NCBI RefSeq assembly: GCF_900232105.1
Contig: NZ_LT934425.1
Coordinates: 3,240,001-3,272,000 of the forward strand
DNA: 32,000 nucleotides
DNA from: Candidatus Kuenenia stuttgartensis
GTDB lineage: Bacteria > Planctomycetota > Brocadiia > Brocadiales > Brocadiaceae
Reading direction: 5' to 3'
Position 1 is the first letter of the stretch, and the number at the start of each line of letters is the position of its first letter. The notes under the pieces are model-generated. The model was given only the letters and a program-made list of their open reading frames with translations. It ran no database searches and was not told where the DNA came from. Positions 8,899 through 18,175 of the stretch are shown in pieces. The translations under genes were made by a program, and so were the position numbers.

Positions 8899-9528
8899 TT
8901 ATTTAAGTAATTTGATGACAAAAAAACCGGCTACTATCAATACGACAAAGGCAATGGAGATAATATTAAAGTATTTTTCTATAAAATGTTTTATCTTTGG
9001 CCCAAAAATACAAATGAGAGCGGCAACTATGAAGAATCTTCCCGACCGGCTGATTGCTGACGCAATTAAAAATGTCCACAAATTAATTTTGCAAGCCCCG
9101 GCCGCAATGGTAAAGACTTTGTATGGGATTGGGGTAAACCCCGCAATGGCAACGGCGGAAAAGGCATTGGTGTTGTATTGTTCTTTTACATAATCAAATT
9201 TTTCTATAAGCCCAAGGGTGGTGAGGATTGGTATTCCAACAAAATCAAACAACCCGAAGCCTATAAAATATCCAAAACCACCGCCCAATATGGACCCCAC
9301 GGAACAAATGGCGGCATATTTAAAGGATTTTCTTGCGATTGAGAATGCAAGCGCCATTAAGAGTACATCCGGGGGAATGGGAAAGAAAGAAGATTCACAA
9401 AACGCCAGTATAAATAAGGCAATGGAACCATAGGGAGTATGTGCCCAATGTAGCGTCCAATCATACAGCCTTCTATGCAACCCCGCCCTTTTTATCTGTG
9501 ATATTTGCAATTGCTCAGTATGGTTCAT
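8899..9528 (-). CDS. VTT/SNARE-associated (DedA/YqaA-like) membrane protein
   Basis: FCESSFFPIPPDVLLMALAF, GSILGGGFGYFIG, AIAGFTPIPYKVFTIAAGACKINLWTFLIASAISRSGRFF. Confidence 0.85.
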   Translation of the reverse strand: MNHTEQLQISQIKRAGLHRRLYDWTLHWAHTPYGSIALFILAFCESSFFPIPPDVLLMALAFSIARKSFKYAAICSVGSILGGGFGYFIGFGLFDFVGIPILTTLGLIEKFDYVKEQYNTNAFSAVAIAGFTPIPYKVFTIAAGACKINLWTFLIASAISRSGRFFIVAALICIFGPKIKHFIEKYFNIISIAFVVLIVAGFFVIKLLK

Positions 9529-9627
9529 AAAATGCTCCTCGAATTTCCAGGTATTAATAATTTAGTAATGAAATGAATGTTTATCCGGCTAGTTGTGTGA
9601 GACTTTCTCTCCAGTTATACTCAAGAA

Positions 9628-9710
9628 GTTCACAAAATGTGATTTCAGAAATGCTATACCTATTTATGTCAACAAAAGTAAATCTAATTTAGAAATCTCT
9701 ATTTGTGAAC
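9628..9710. other. Imperfect long-stem inverted repeat in the intergenic region
   Basis: gttcacaaa-atgt-gatttc (9628-9646) pairs with gaaatc-tcta-tttgtgaac (9692-9710): 9 bp, a 4x4 internal loop, then 6 bp. Confidence 0.45.
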
Positions 9711-10021
9711 CCTTACAGTACCTATACGGCGCTAAACTCTTAATGTTAAAATATATACGGAATAAGCATCATTGCCGCTCAAAAGTTTAAACGTGGTGTT
9801 ATAGGGAAGTCAAGCGAAAATCCAGTTGTGGAAATATATTAGGGTAATTATTATTAAAATAGTTGATCTAAAAGAGGGGGAATCTCCATATTATTTTTGG
9901 TTTGTAGCTAATTATACTGCCAAAGCATAAGGTAGTTTTGATTTGACAATAGTAAGCTTTTCGCTATAATGAAAATTCACAATATTATAGGCAGATAAAG
10001 GTTTACATAGATTGGAATGGC

Positions 10022-11686
10022 ATGGAATTGAGAAGCGATAAAATTACGAAAGGTCTTGAGCGTGTTCCTGCACGGGCACTTTTATACGCAACTGGTTTAA
10101 GCAAAGAGGATTTAGATAAACCGTTCATTGGAATAGCGAGCAGTTTTACCGACCTTATTCCCGGACATGTCCATATGCGTCCGCTGGAGAGGGCCATTGA
10201 AAAAGGCATCCATGCGGGAGGAGGGGTAAGCTTTGTTTTTGGTATACCGGGTATCTGTGACGGCATTGCAATGGGGCATAGCGGAATGCATTATTCTCTT
10301 GTGTCAAGGGATCTGATTGCAGACATGATAGAGTGTGTGGTAAGTGCTCACTGTCTGGATGGGTTGGTGATGCTTACAAATTGCGACAAAATAACGCCGG
10401 GAATGTTGATGGCCTGCGCAAGATTGGATATCCCCGGGATTGTTGTTACTGCTGGCCCTATGATTTCCGGACGTTATGGAAAGCAAAAGTTATCCCTGGT
10501 GAAAGATACCTTTGAAGCGGTAGGGAGAAGACGTAAAGGCGAAATTGACGATAAAGAATTGTCGTGTTTAGAGATGGATGCTTGTCCCGGAGCTGGATCG
10601 TGTCAGGGGTTATATACGGCCAACACGATGGCATGTGTATCGGAGGCGTTAGGTATGTCTCTGCCAAGATGCGCCGCTTCTCTTGCAATTTCGGCGGAGA
10701 AGGAACGTATTGCCTATAAAAGTGGCCAACGGGTTGTAGATCTTGTAAGAAAAGATATTACTTCGAGAAAGATTATGACGCGTAAAGCATTTGAAAATGC
10801 GATCATGGTAGATATGGCGCTTGGCGGGTCAACAAATTCCTGTTTGCATATTCCTGCGATTGCAAACGAGGCTGGCGTGGAAGTAAATTTGAAGTTGTTT
10901 GACGAAATTAGTGCAAGAACACCTCATATAACAAGCTTGCAGCCTGGTGGCGAATATTTGCTTGAAGATTTATATTATGCGGGCGGCATTCCCGCCGTAA
11001 TGAATCGATTACAGGATGACCTGTACGATTGTATTACCGTAAGCGGGTTTAATACAAAAGAGATAGCGAAATCCGCCATAATTAACGATGACGAGGTGAT
11101 AAGGTCAAAGGATGCCGCATATCATAAAGAAGGTGGGATAGCTGTTTTATATGGTAATTTATCTCCCGATGGTGCCGTGATAAAGCAGAGCGCTGTATCC
11201 GAAAACATGATGCAGTTTACTGGGAAGGCAAAGGTTTTCAATAGTGAAGAGGCTGCAATGAATGCAATTATGGATTCCATGATTAGCAAAGGCATGGTGG
11301 TCGTGATACGATATGAGGGTCCGCGCGGGGGGCCTGGGATGAGAGAGATGTTGTCTCCTACGGCGGCGCTTGTGGGACTTGGGTTAGGAGAGTCCGTTGC
11401 TTTAATTACGGATGGGCGTTTTTCCGGGGGAACGCAAGGTCCCTGCGTTGGGCATGTATCGCCTGAAGCAATGGTTGGGGGTCCCATTGCCTTGGTGGAG
11501 GATGGTGATGAAATAACGATAGATATTCCAGGTCGCACATTAAATTTGAATGTTTCGAAGGAAATTCTTACTCGTAGAAAGGAAGCATGGAAACCGCCAA
11601 AACCAAAAATAACACATGGGGTGTTGTCCCGGTATGCAAAATGTGTTACATCGGCGGATAAAGGCGCTGTGTTAACGGCGGAATAG
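10022..11686 (+). CDS. ilvD: Dihydroxy-acid dehydratase
   Basis: [145 protein letters not shown]. Confidence 0.96.
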   Translation: MELRSDKITKGLERVPARALLYATGLSKEDLDKPFIGIASSFTDLIPGHVHMRPLERAIEKGIHAGGGVSFVFGIPGICDGIAMGHSGMHYSLVSRDLIADMIECVVSAHCLDGLVMLTNCDKITPGMLMACARLDIPGIVVTAGPMISGRYGKQKLSLVKDTFEAVGRRRKGEIDDKELSCLEMDACPGAGSCQGLYTANTMACVSEALGMSLPRCAASLAISAEKERIAYKSGQRVVDLVRKDITSRKIMTRKAFENAIMVDMALGGSTNSCLHIPAIANEAGVEVNLKLFDEISARTPHITSLQPGGEYLLEDLYYAGGIPAVMNRLQDDLYDCITVSGFNTKEIAKSAIINDDEVIRSKDAAYHKEGGIAVLYGNLSPDGAVIKQSAVSENMMQFTGKAKVFNSEEAAMNAIMDSMISKGMVVVIRYEGPRGGPGMREMLSPTAALVGLGLGESVALITDGRFSGGTQGPCVGHVSPEAMVGGPIALVEDGDEITIDIPGRTLNLNVSKEILTRRKEAWKPPKPKITHGVLSRYAKCVTSADKGAVLTAE

Positions 11687-11748
11687 TACAGAATAACGCG
11701 ATGTGCAATCCATAGTATCATTGTATAAAAAATAGTAGAGCAGAATGC

Positions 11749-11822
11749 TACCCGGTGGTGTAATGGTAACACTAGAGATTTTGGTTCTCTCATTGGAGGT
11801 TCGAGTCCTCCCCGGGTAGCCA
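11749..11822 (+). tRNA. tRNA-Gln (anticodon TTG), CCA encoded
   Basis: Manual cloverleaf: acceptor tacccgg/ccgggta, D stem gtgt/acac, anticodon stem agaga/tctct with loop ttTTGgt, T stem ggagg/cctcc with loop ttcgagt, discriminator g, then cca. Confidence 0.95.
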
Positions 11823-11885
11823 TTCTATTTTTAGGGAATGAGTAAGTTGCAGTAGTTTTATGATTTTGTGTATTGCAATACAAAG

Positions 11886-12857
11886 ATGAAAAAGATTACG
11901 GCAGTTATTTTGGCTGCTGGCAAGGGTACGCGAATGCGTTCACAATTGCCAAAGGTTTTGCATGAAGTATGCGGCAGCACCCTTCTTGAATGTGTTATTT
12001 GCTCTGTGCAAAAGGCTGAAATTCCCCGGATAATCATAGTAGTTGGTGACAAAAAAGAAGAAGTAGGAGAAAGTTTAGAGGGATTACCTGTTGAAATAGT
12101 AGAACAACGGGAACAATTAGGAACAGCACATGCCGTTATTGCGGTAAAAGAGAGAATTAATAGTTCGGCGGACATCGTTTTAATTTTAAATGGCGACGCG
12201 CCTCTTATTAAACCCCGGACACTGAAAAGGCTGATAAGCATAAATAATGAAACGGCGGCTGATGTTGTATTATTAACCGCACGCCTGGAAAAACCAAAAG
12301 GGTATGGGCGGATATATAGGGATAAAAATGGTAGTATAGCGAAAATTATAGAAGAAAGTGAAGCCGACGGTGATGTATTAGCAATTAATGAAATCAACGC
12401 GGGAATATATGCATTTAAAACGAAAGCCCTTCTTGAAGGATTGAGCGAGGTTCAGCCACACAATAAAAAAGGGGAGTTTTATCTAACCGACATCATTTCA
12501 ATATTACACAATAAGGGGAAAAAAATAGAGGGAATTGAGGCGGATGACGCTGTTGAGGTATTAGGGATAAATACCCAGCAAGAATTGGCAATCGTTAACA
12601 AAATAAGGCATGATGAGATTCTGCAGGGTTTTATGGAGAGCGGGGTAACTATAGTAGACACAGGAAGCACATTTGTTGAAAATAATGTGGAAATTGGGGC
12701 GGGAACGAAAATTTATCCCTTTTCTTATATAAACAAAAATGTAGTTATTGGCCGGTATTGTCGTATAGGACCATTTGCATATTTGGAATCTGGCACGAAA
12801 GTGAGCGATGGTACAGTTGTAAAAAGCAGTGGGAAGAATGGAAAACAAGTTTTTTAA
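11886..12857 (+). CDS. GlmU-like UDP-N-acetylglucosamine pyrophosphorylase with truncated left-handed beta-helix domain
   Basis: MKKITAVILAAGKGTRMRSQLPKVLHEVCG, REQLGTAHAV, LILNGDAPLIKP, ADVVLLTARLEKPKGYGRI, INAGIYAF, GEFYLTDII. The C-terminus ends ...VVIGRYCRIGPFAYLESGTKVSDGTVVKSSGKNGKQVF*, ahead of most of the acetyltransferase domain. ATG at 11886 preferred over the track start at 11868. Confidence 0.88.
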   Translation: MKKITAVILAAGKGTRMRSQLPKVLHEVCGSTLLECVICSVQKAEIPRIIIVVGDKKEEVGESLEGLPVEIVEQREQLGTAHAVIAVKERINSSADIVLILNGDAPLIKPRTLKRLISINNETAADVVLLTARLEKPKGYGRIYRDKNGSIAKIIEESEADGDVLAINEINAGIYAFKTKALLEGLSEVQPHNKKGEFYLTDIISILHNKGKKIEGIEADDAVEVLGINTQQELAIVNKIRHDEILQGFMESGVTIVDTGSTFVENNVEIGAGTKIYPFSYINKNVVIGRYCRIGPFAYLESGTKVSDGTVVKSSGKNGKQVF

Positions 12858-12866
12858 GGTAGAGAA

Positions 12867-13835
12867 ATGGACAAAAAGAGAAGGATAGAAGAGTTAGATC
12901 ATTTGAAAATTTTTTCCGGAAATGCAAATCCTGATTTGGCAAGAAAAATTTGCGAACACCTTTCGATCAATCTGGGGAATGCCTACGTTGGCCGTTTTCC
13001 CGATGGCGAAATTGACCTGAAGGTCAATGAGGATGTTCGGGGTGCTGACGTATTTTTGGTTCAACCAACATGCGCACCTGTCAATGAAAGCTTAACGGAA
13101 CTTCTTATATTCATAGACTGTCTAAAGCGGGCATCTGCCGCGCGTATTACTGCGGTGCTGCCGTATTATGGTTATGCGCGAAAGGATAGAAAAGACGAAG
13201 GGCGTGTACCAATAACGGCAAAATTGGTAGCAAATCTCATAACTACGGCAGGGGCTGACAGGGTTCTAACCCTTGATTTACATGCCGCTCAGATTCAGGG
13301 ATTTTTTGACATTCCTGTAGACCATCTGCTGGCATTTCCTGTAATGATGAAATACTTTGAACAATTAAAGACAGAAGATTTGGTGGTGGTTACTCCCGAT
13401 GTCGGAGGTATAAAACTCGCCAGGAATTATTCAAAGGGCTTGGGTGTGAAGATGGCAATCGTTGACAAGAGGCGGGTAGGGCCTGAAGAGACAGAGGTAG
13501 GATTTATAATCGGAGAGGTAGCAAATAAAAATGTGATTATGATCGACGATTTAATTGCAACGGGTGGGTCTATTGCACAAGCGGCGTATGTCCTGAAAGA
13601 AAAAGGCGCCAGAGAAATATATGTCGGAGCGACTCATCCGGTTTTTTGCGGTTCAGCGATAGAAAAATTGTCAGCTGCCCCGATAAAAGAAATAGTGATA
13701 ACTGATTCGATACCGCTTTCTGAAAAAGCAAGAGCGACTGGCGATAAGTTTAAAGTGCTTTCTATTTCAGGTCTGTTAGGAGATGCGATCATGAGAATAC
13801 ATCATCATGAATCGGTAAGCTCTTTATTTGTTTAA
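12867..13835 (+). CDS. prs: Ribose-phosphate pyrophosphokinase
   Basis: LKIFSGNANPDLARKICEHL, GRFPDGEI, LPYYGYARKDRKDEGRVPITAKLVANLI, LDLHAAQIQGFFDIPVDHL, MIDDLIATGGSIAQAA. Confidence 0.96.
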   Translation: MDKKRRIEELDHLKIFSGNANPDLARKICEHLSINLGNAYVGRFPDGEIDLKVNEDVRGADVFLVQPTCAPVNESLTELLIFIDCLKRASAARITAVLPYYGYARKDRKDEGRVPITAKLVANLITTAGADRVLTLDLHAAQIQGFFDIPVDHLLAFPVMMKYFEQLKTEDLVVVTPDVGGIKLARNYSKGLGVKMAIVDKRRVGPEETEVGFIIGEVANKNVIMIDDLIATGGSIAQAAYVLKEKGAREIYVGATHPVFCGSAIEKLSAAPIKEIVITDSIPLSEKARATGDKFKVLSISGLLGDAIMRIHHHESVSSLFV

Positions 13836-13862
13836 TAGGTTATTTTTAGGAGTTGTAAAACG

Positions 13863-14501
13863 ATGGAAGTTTTAGAATTGAAGGCGGAAAAAAGAACATT
13901 AAAAAGAACCAAGGCGGTGAGAAAACTGAGGGCGACCGGACATATACCTGCAGTGGTTTACGGCCACAAAGAAGATAATGTGCTTTTGAGTGTTGATGGC
14001 GGTGAATTCGGGCGTGTTTTAAATGCCGGTGCTCGTATGATCAGTCTGGCTTACGACAGGACAAAGGAGTCTGTTCTTATAAAAGATGTCCAATACGATA
14101 ATCTTTCAGACAAGGTATTGCACGTAGATTTTGCGCGTGTCTCTATGGATGAAAGGGTAACTTTAAAAGTGCCAATAATACTGTCAGGGAGTGCTGTTGG
14201 AGTGAAAGCGGGCGGTGTGTTAACCCAGACTATGAAAAATATAGAGATAGAATGTTTCCCTGCGGCTGTTCCTGAGGATATTAAGGTAAATGTATCTGAA
14301 CTTGAAATGGGTAAGTCTATACATGTCAAAGAATTACCTTCTATAGCAGGTATTAAATATTTATCCGATGCAGAATCGGTTGTTGTTTCTGTGCACCATG
14401 CTGCGGAGGAAAAAGCGGCATCAGAAGAAGAATTGATTGCCGGACCTGAAGTAATCACTAAAAAGCCGAAAGAAGAAGCTGGTGCTTCAGAAAAATCGTA
14501 G
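13863..14501 (+). CDS. rplY: Ribosomal protein bL25 (CTC/TL5 family)
   Basis: KRTLKRTKAVRKLRATGHIPAVVYGHKED, VLIKDVQYDNLSDKVLHVDFARV, TVKVP-type TL5 domain; precedes pth, the conserved order. Confidence 0.93.
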   Translation: MEVLELKAEKRTLKRTKAVRKLRATGHIPAVVYGHKEDNVLLSVDGGEFGRVLNAGARMISLAYDRTKESVLIKDVQYDNLSDKVLHVDFARVSMDERVTLKVPIILSGSAVGVKAGGVLTQTMKNIEIECFPAAVPEDIKVNVSELEMGKSIHVKELPSIAGIKYLSDAESVVVSVHHAAEEKAASEEELIAGPEVITKKPKEEAGASEKS

Positions 14502-14515
14502 TATGGAATTTGTTG

Positions 14516-15070
14516 ATGAAGATGATAGTTGGACTGGGAAATCCCGGCGAGAAGTATTTAAGGACGAGGCATAACCTGGGTTTTATGGTAATTGATGAAT
14601 TTTCCCAACAACTGGGAATGGGAGGGTTTCAGCATAAATTTCAATCTCTGTTTTGTAAAAAAGAAGTGGAACATGAAGAAATTATATTGCTAAAGCCACA
14701 AACATTTATGAATTTAAGCGGCATTGCAGTTCAGGAAGCGGTAAATATGTACAAATGTCAACCTAGGGATGTTATGGTCGTATGTGATGATTTAGATCTC
14801 CCATTCGGCAAATTACGTATTCGGCGCTCCGGTGGCTGCGGTGGGCATCGTGGTTTGGAATCAGTTGCGTCATCTTTAGGGACTGCCGATTTCCCCCGTT
14901 TGAGAATAGGAATAGGACGTCCCAAATTTAATGATACGAGCCGTTTTGTCCTTTCAATGTTTTCTGCAGAAGAAGATGTTGAAATAGCGAAATCCCTTCA
15001 GGAAGCATGCAAAGCCTTGAAAACATGGGTTTACAAGGGGATAGAAAGTTGTATGAATGAAAATAACTAA
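14516..15070 (+). CDS. pth: Peptidyl-tRNA hydrolase
   Basis: MKMIVGLGNPGEKYLRTRHNLGF, LLKPQTFMNLSG, VVCDDLDLPFGKLRIRRSGGCGGHRGLESV. ATG at 14516 preferred; the track uses TTG at 14510. Confidence 0.95.
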   Translation: MKMIVGLGNPGEKYLRTRHNLGFMVIDEFSQQLGMGGFQHKFQSLFCKKEVEHEEIILLKPQTFMNLSGIAVQEAVNMYKCQPRDVMVVCDDLDLPFGKLRIRRSGGCGGHRGLESVASSLGTADFPRLRIGIGRPKFNDTSRFVLSMFSAEEDVEIAKSLQEACKALKTWVYKGIESCMNENN

Positions 15071-15121
15071 TTTTTTTGTTTTATGTAAGGTTTTTATGAA
15101 TAATGTTAGGAGGAAGAGAAT

Positions 15122-15535
15122 TTGAGATTGTATGAGGGTTTGTTTCTGATTGACAATGTCCCCGCCAATTCCGACTGGGACGGCGTAGTAAAAAGTATTC
15201 ACGATATTTTGGCAAAGAATGGTGCGGAAATTTTAAAGACTGAAAAATGGGGAGAGAAAAAATTAGCTTATAAGATTAAAAGTCACAAACGCGGCACATA
15301 CTTATTGATACATTTTAATGCTGAAAACACATCCATTACGCAGATGAAAAGGGATTTTCAGTTATCCGAGTTTCTTATTCGGTCTTTAATACTAAGAGAT
15401 ACTGTAATTGAAGAATTATCTGCTGCCGGCATTGAGGAAGGTTTTTCAGATAAAGAAGCTGAAAAAGAGCCTAAAACGGAGGAAGTATTATCAGCAGAAA
15501 AATGTGAACCTGTTTTAGCTGTTGGAGACGTTTAA
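15122..15535 (+). CDS. rpsF: Ribosomal protein bS6
   Basis: LRLYEGLFLIDN, WGEKKLAYKIKSHKRGTYLLIHFNA, IRSLILRDT. TTG start preceded by taggaggaagagaa (good Shine-Dalgarno). Followed by ssb-rpsR-rplI. Confidence 0.92.
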   Translation: MRLYEGLFLIDNVPANSDWDGVVKSIHDILAKNGAEILKTEKWGEKKLAYKIKSHKRGTYLLIHFNAENTSITQMKRDFQLSEFLIRSLILRDTVIEELSAAGIEEGFSDKEAEKEPKTEEVLSAEKCEPVLAVGDV

Positions 15536-15638
15536 CTTTAAATCTAGTCTTATTATAGAAAAGAAATCATCTCGTACTATAGATACTGACGGTCGTTTAA
15601 ATAAGAAAAATTTTAGTTAGAGATAAAAGGAGTAAGGA

Positions 15639-16079
15639 ATGGCAAGCCTTAATAAAGTATTTCTTATGGGAAACCTTACGAGAGATCCTGAACTGAGATA
15701 TACCGCAGGAGGGTTGGCAGTGGCAAGTTTTGCGATAGCTGTGAGTAGCAAATGGACGTCCAAAACCGGGGAACAAAAGGACGAAGTTTGTTTTGTAGAT
15801 GTCAGTATGTTTGGCAGGAGAGCTGAAGTTATTGGCGAATACTTCAGCAAGGGAAGCCCTATCTTTATCGAAGGCCGCTTGCAATTTAATCAGTGGGAAA
15901 CAAAAGAAGGACAAAAGCGTAGTACATTGCGTGTAGTTGCGGATAATTTTCAGTTCATTGGCGGCGGTGCAGGCAAACGGCCAAAAGACGATTTGGGGCA
16001 ATCACTGGATAGCGCAAATTCAGATACGACGTCTGAAAATATGGTTTCGGACATCAATGGTGAAGAGATACCGTTTTGA
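15639..16079 (+). CDS. ssb: Single-stranded DNA-binding protein
   Basis: SLNKVFLMGNLTRDPELRYTAGGLAVASFAIAVS, FVDVSMFGRRAE, KGSPIFIEGRLQFNQWE, acidic tail ending GEEIPF. Confidence 0.96.
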   Translation: MASLNKVFLMGNLTRDPELRYTAGGLAVASFAIAVSSKWTSKTGEQKDEVCFVDVSMFGRRAEVIGEYFSKGSPIFIEGRLQFNQWETKEGQKRSTLRVVADNFQFIGGGAGKRPKDDLGQSLDSANSDTTSENMVSDINGEEIPF

Positions 16080-16117
16080 TGTAAACGTAGACATTTTTTA
16101 TAAGAAGGTTAAATACT

Positions 16118-16339
16118 ATGACAAGAAAAATATTTAATAAAACAAGCAAATGCAGATTTTGCAGAATGGGGGTCGAGGAGGTTGATTATAAGGACATCCA
16201 AAATTTACAGAAACTTGCAACTACCCGGGGGAAACTTTTTTCAAGAAAACGGTCGGGGAATTGTGCCCGGCATCAACGTTCTGTTAAAATGTCCATTAAA
16301 AGAGCAAGGTTTATGGCTTTGCTTCCATACGTAACTTAG
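16118..16339 (+). CDS. rpsR: Ribosomal protein bS18
   Basis: CRFCRMGVEEVDYKDIQNLQKLATTRGKLFSRKRSGNCARHQRSVKMSIKRARFMALLPYV. Confidence 0.95.
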   Translation: MTRKIFNKTSKCRFCRMGVEEVDYKDIQNLQKLATTRGKLFSRKRSGNCARHQRSVKMSIKRARFMALLPYVT

Positions 16340-16353
16340 GAGGTTATTTTTCC

Positions 16354-16812
16354 ATGGAATTATTATTGACAAAAAATATTGACACGCTTGGCAGGATCGG
16401 TGATGTTGTTAAAGTAAAAAAAGGGTATGCGAGGAATTATCTGTTGCCCAGGGGAATGGCCACTTACGTTACCGAAGGGAATTTGAAGCAACTGGAGAAG
16501 GCAAAAAAGAAAATTGAAATACAACTGAAAGAAGAATGCGAAAGATTGCGGGAAATTTTGGAGACTATTTCCAACGCCGTTTGCAGGATTCCTGCAAAGG
16601 TGAATGAAGAAGGAAGGTTGTTTGGTTCCGTTACGTCTGTTCATATAGCCGATGTGCTGAAGAAACAGGGGATACCAATTGATGTGGATATGATTAAACT
16701 GGAAAATCCTGTAAAGGAATGCGGCGAATATGATGTTGCGGTTGTATTAAGCGCTGAAATGAAGACAACATGTAAAGTGCAAGTGGTGAATGAAGAAGAG
16801 GATGTTGTCTGA
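16354..16812 (+). CDS. rplI: Ribosomal protein bL9
   Basis: MELLLTKNIDTLGRIGDVVKVKKGYARNYLLPRGMA, LFGSVTSVHIADVL. Confidence 0.96.
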   Translation: MELLLTKNIDTLGRIGDVVKVKKGYARNYLLPRGMATYVTEGNLKQLEKAKKKIEIQLKEECERLREILETISNAVCRIPAKVNEEGRLFGSVTSVHIADVLKKQGIPIDVDMIKLENPVKECGEYDVAVVLSAEMKTTCKVQVVNEEEDVV

Positions 16813-16831
16813 TTTTTAAAGGGACAAATAT

Positions 16832-18175
16832 ATGGCAGTAGAATCGGTGCTTGAACGTACGCTGCCTCAAAGTCTGGACGCCGAAATGAGTGTTATTGGC
16901 GCCATGTTGCTTGACAATGAGGTTATAAATGTAGTTGTGCCAATATTGAATAAGCAAAGTTTTTATAAAACGGCGCACCAGAGCATATACCAGGCCATAA
17001 TAGATTTGTATGATAAGGGGCAGGCCATTGATTTGGTTTTGTTGCGGGAAGAATTAAAGAAGCGTTCCTTACTTGAGAATGTTGGCGGAGCAGAGTATTT
17101 GGTGGAACTTGAGGAAGCGGTTCCAACTATTGGGAATGTAGAATATTATGCGAATATAGTACGGGAAAATGCCATAAAAAGAAATCTCATTGAAGTTGCC
17201 GCAAATATTCAAAAACAGGCATTTGAAGGTGCCGTTGATACCGGCTTTTTACTTGATTCCTCTGAGAGGGCGATCTTTGAGATTACGCAGAAAAAATTTA
17301 ACGCATCGTCCATTAAATTAAATGAAATACTGAAAGAAACCTTTAGCCGTATTGAGAATCTGCATGACAGGGAAAGCAGGTTAACGGGGTTATCTACCGG
17401 ATTTTACGATTTCGATGACCTTACCTGCGGATTGCAGCCTTCCGAACTTGTTATTGTTGCCGCAAGGCCCAGCATGGGGAAAACAAGTTTTGTTATGAAT
17501 ATTATCGAACATATTGGGGTGGTAGAAAAAAAACCGGCGGCAATATTTTCTATGGAAATGTCTGCCCAGCAGTTGGCGCAAAATATGCTTTGTTCTCACT
17601 CAAAGATCGATGCGCATAAACTAAGAAAAGGATTTCTGGAAGATGATGATAGATTATGGAGTGCACTTTCAAATGGGTTAGGGTCTCTTTCCGAAGCGCC
17701 TATTTTTATTGAAGATACACCGGGGCTGACAGTATTGGAAGTGCGTGCAAAGGCAAGGAGATTAAAAGCTCAATACGATATTCAACTAATTGCGGTAGAT
17801 TATTTGCAATTGATGGAATCGCCTCGTGGAGAAAATCGCCAGCAGGAGATTTCTATAATTTCCAGGGGTTTAAAATCTCTTGCCAGAGAACTGGCAATAC
17901 CGGTAATTGCGGTATCCCAGTTGAACAGGTCTGTGGAGTCTAGGGAGGGGCACAGACCAAGGATGTCAGATCTTCGTGAATCAGGATCGATTGAACAGGA
18001 TGCGGATGTTATTGCTTTGTTACACAGAGAAGATTATTTTAATCCCGAAAAAAAGGATGGTACCGCAGAACTGATTATAGCAAAACAGCGGAATGGGCCT
18101 ACAGGAACGATAAAATTGACTTTTCTCTCACATTGTATGCGTTTTGAAAATTTCTCGTCTTCAGGAATCGAATGA
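16832..18175 (+). CDS. dnaB: Replicative DNA helicase
   Basis: PQSLDAEMSVIGAMLLDNE, LVIVAARPSMGKTSFVMNI, FSMEMSAQQLAQNML, LIAVDYLQLM, SRGLKSLARELAIPVIAVSQLNRSVESR, MSDLRESGSIEQDADVIALLHRED, KQRNGPTG. Confidence 0.97.
   Translation: MAVESVLERTLPQSLDAEMSVIGAMLLDNEVINVVVPILNKQSFYKTAHQSIYQAIIDLYDKGQAIDLVLLREELKKRSLLENVGGAEYLVELEEAVPTIGNVEYYANIVRENAIKRNLIEVAANIQKQAFEGAVDTGFLLDSSERAIFEITQKKFNASSIKLNEILKETFSRIENLHDRESRLTGLSTGFYDFDDLTCGLQPSELVIVAARPSMGKTSFVMNIIEHIGVVEKKPAAIFSMEMSAQQLAQNMLCSHSKIDAHKLRKGFLEDDDRLWSALSNGLGSLSEAPIFIEDTPGLTVLEVRAKARRLKAQYDIQLIAVDYLQLMESPRGENRQQEISIISRGLKSLARELAIPVIAVSQLNRSVESREGHRPRMSDLRESGSIEQDADVIALLHREDYFNPEKKDGTAELIIAKQRNGPTGTIKLTFLSHCMRFENFSSSGIE

Noticed and set aside
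11122-11883. Minus-strand 253-aa ORF opposite ilvD and tRNA-Gln (TRGGLEPPMREPKSLVLPLHHR)
   Set aside because: The N-terminal part is the antisense translation of the tRNA gene, a well-known spurious-ORF type, and the remainder lies antisense to a confident ilvD.
14051-14458. 135-aa antisense ORF in rplY
   Set aside because: Ser/Thr-rich shadow of a confident ribosomal protein gene.
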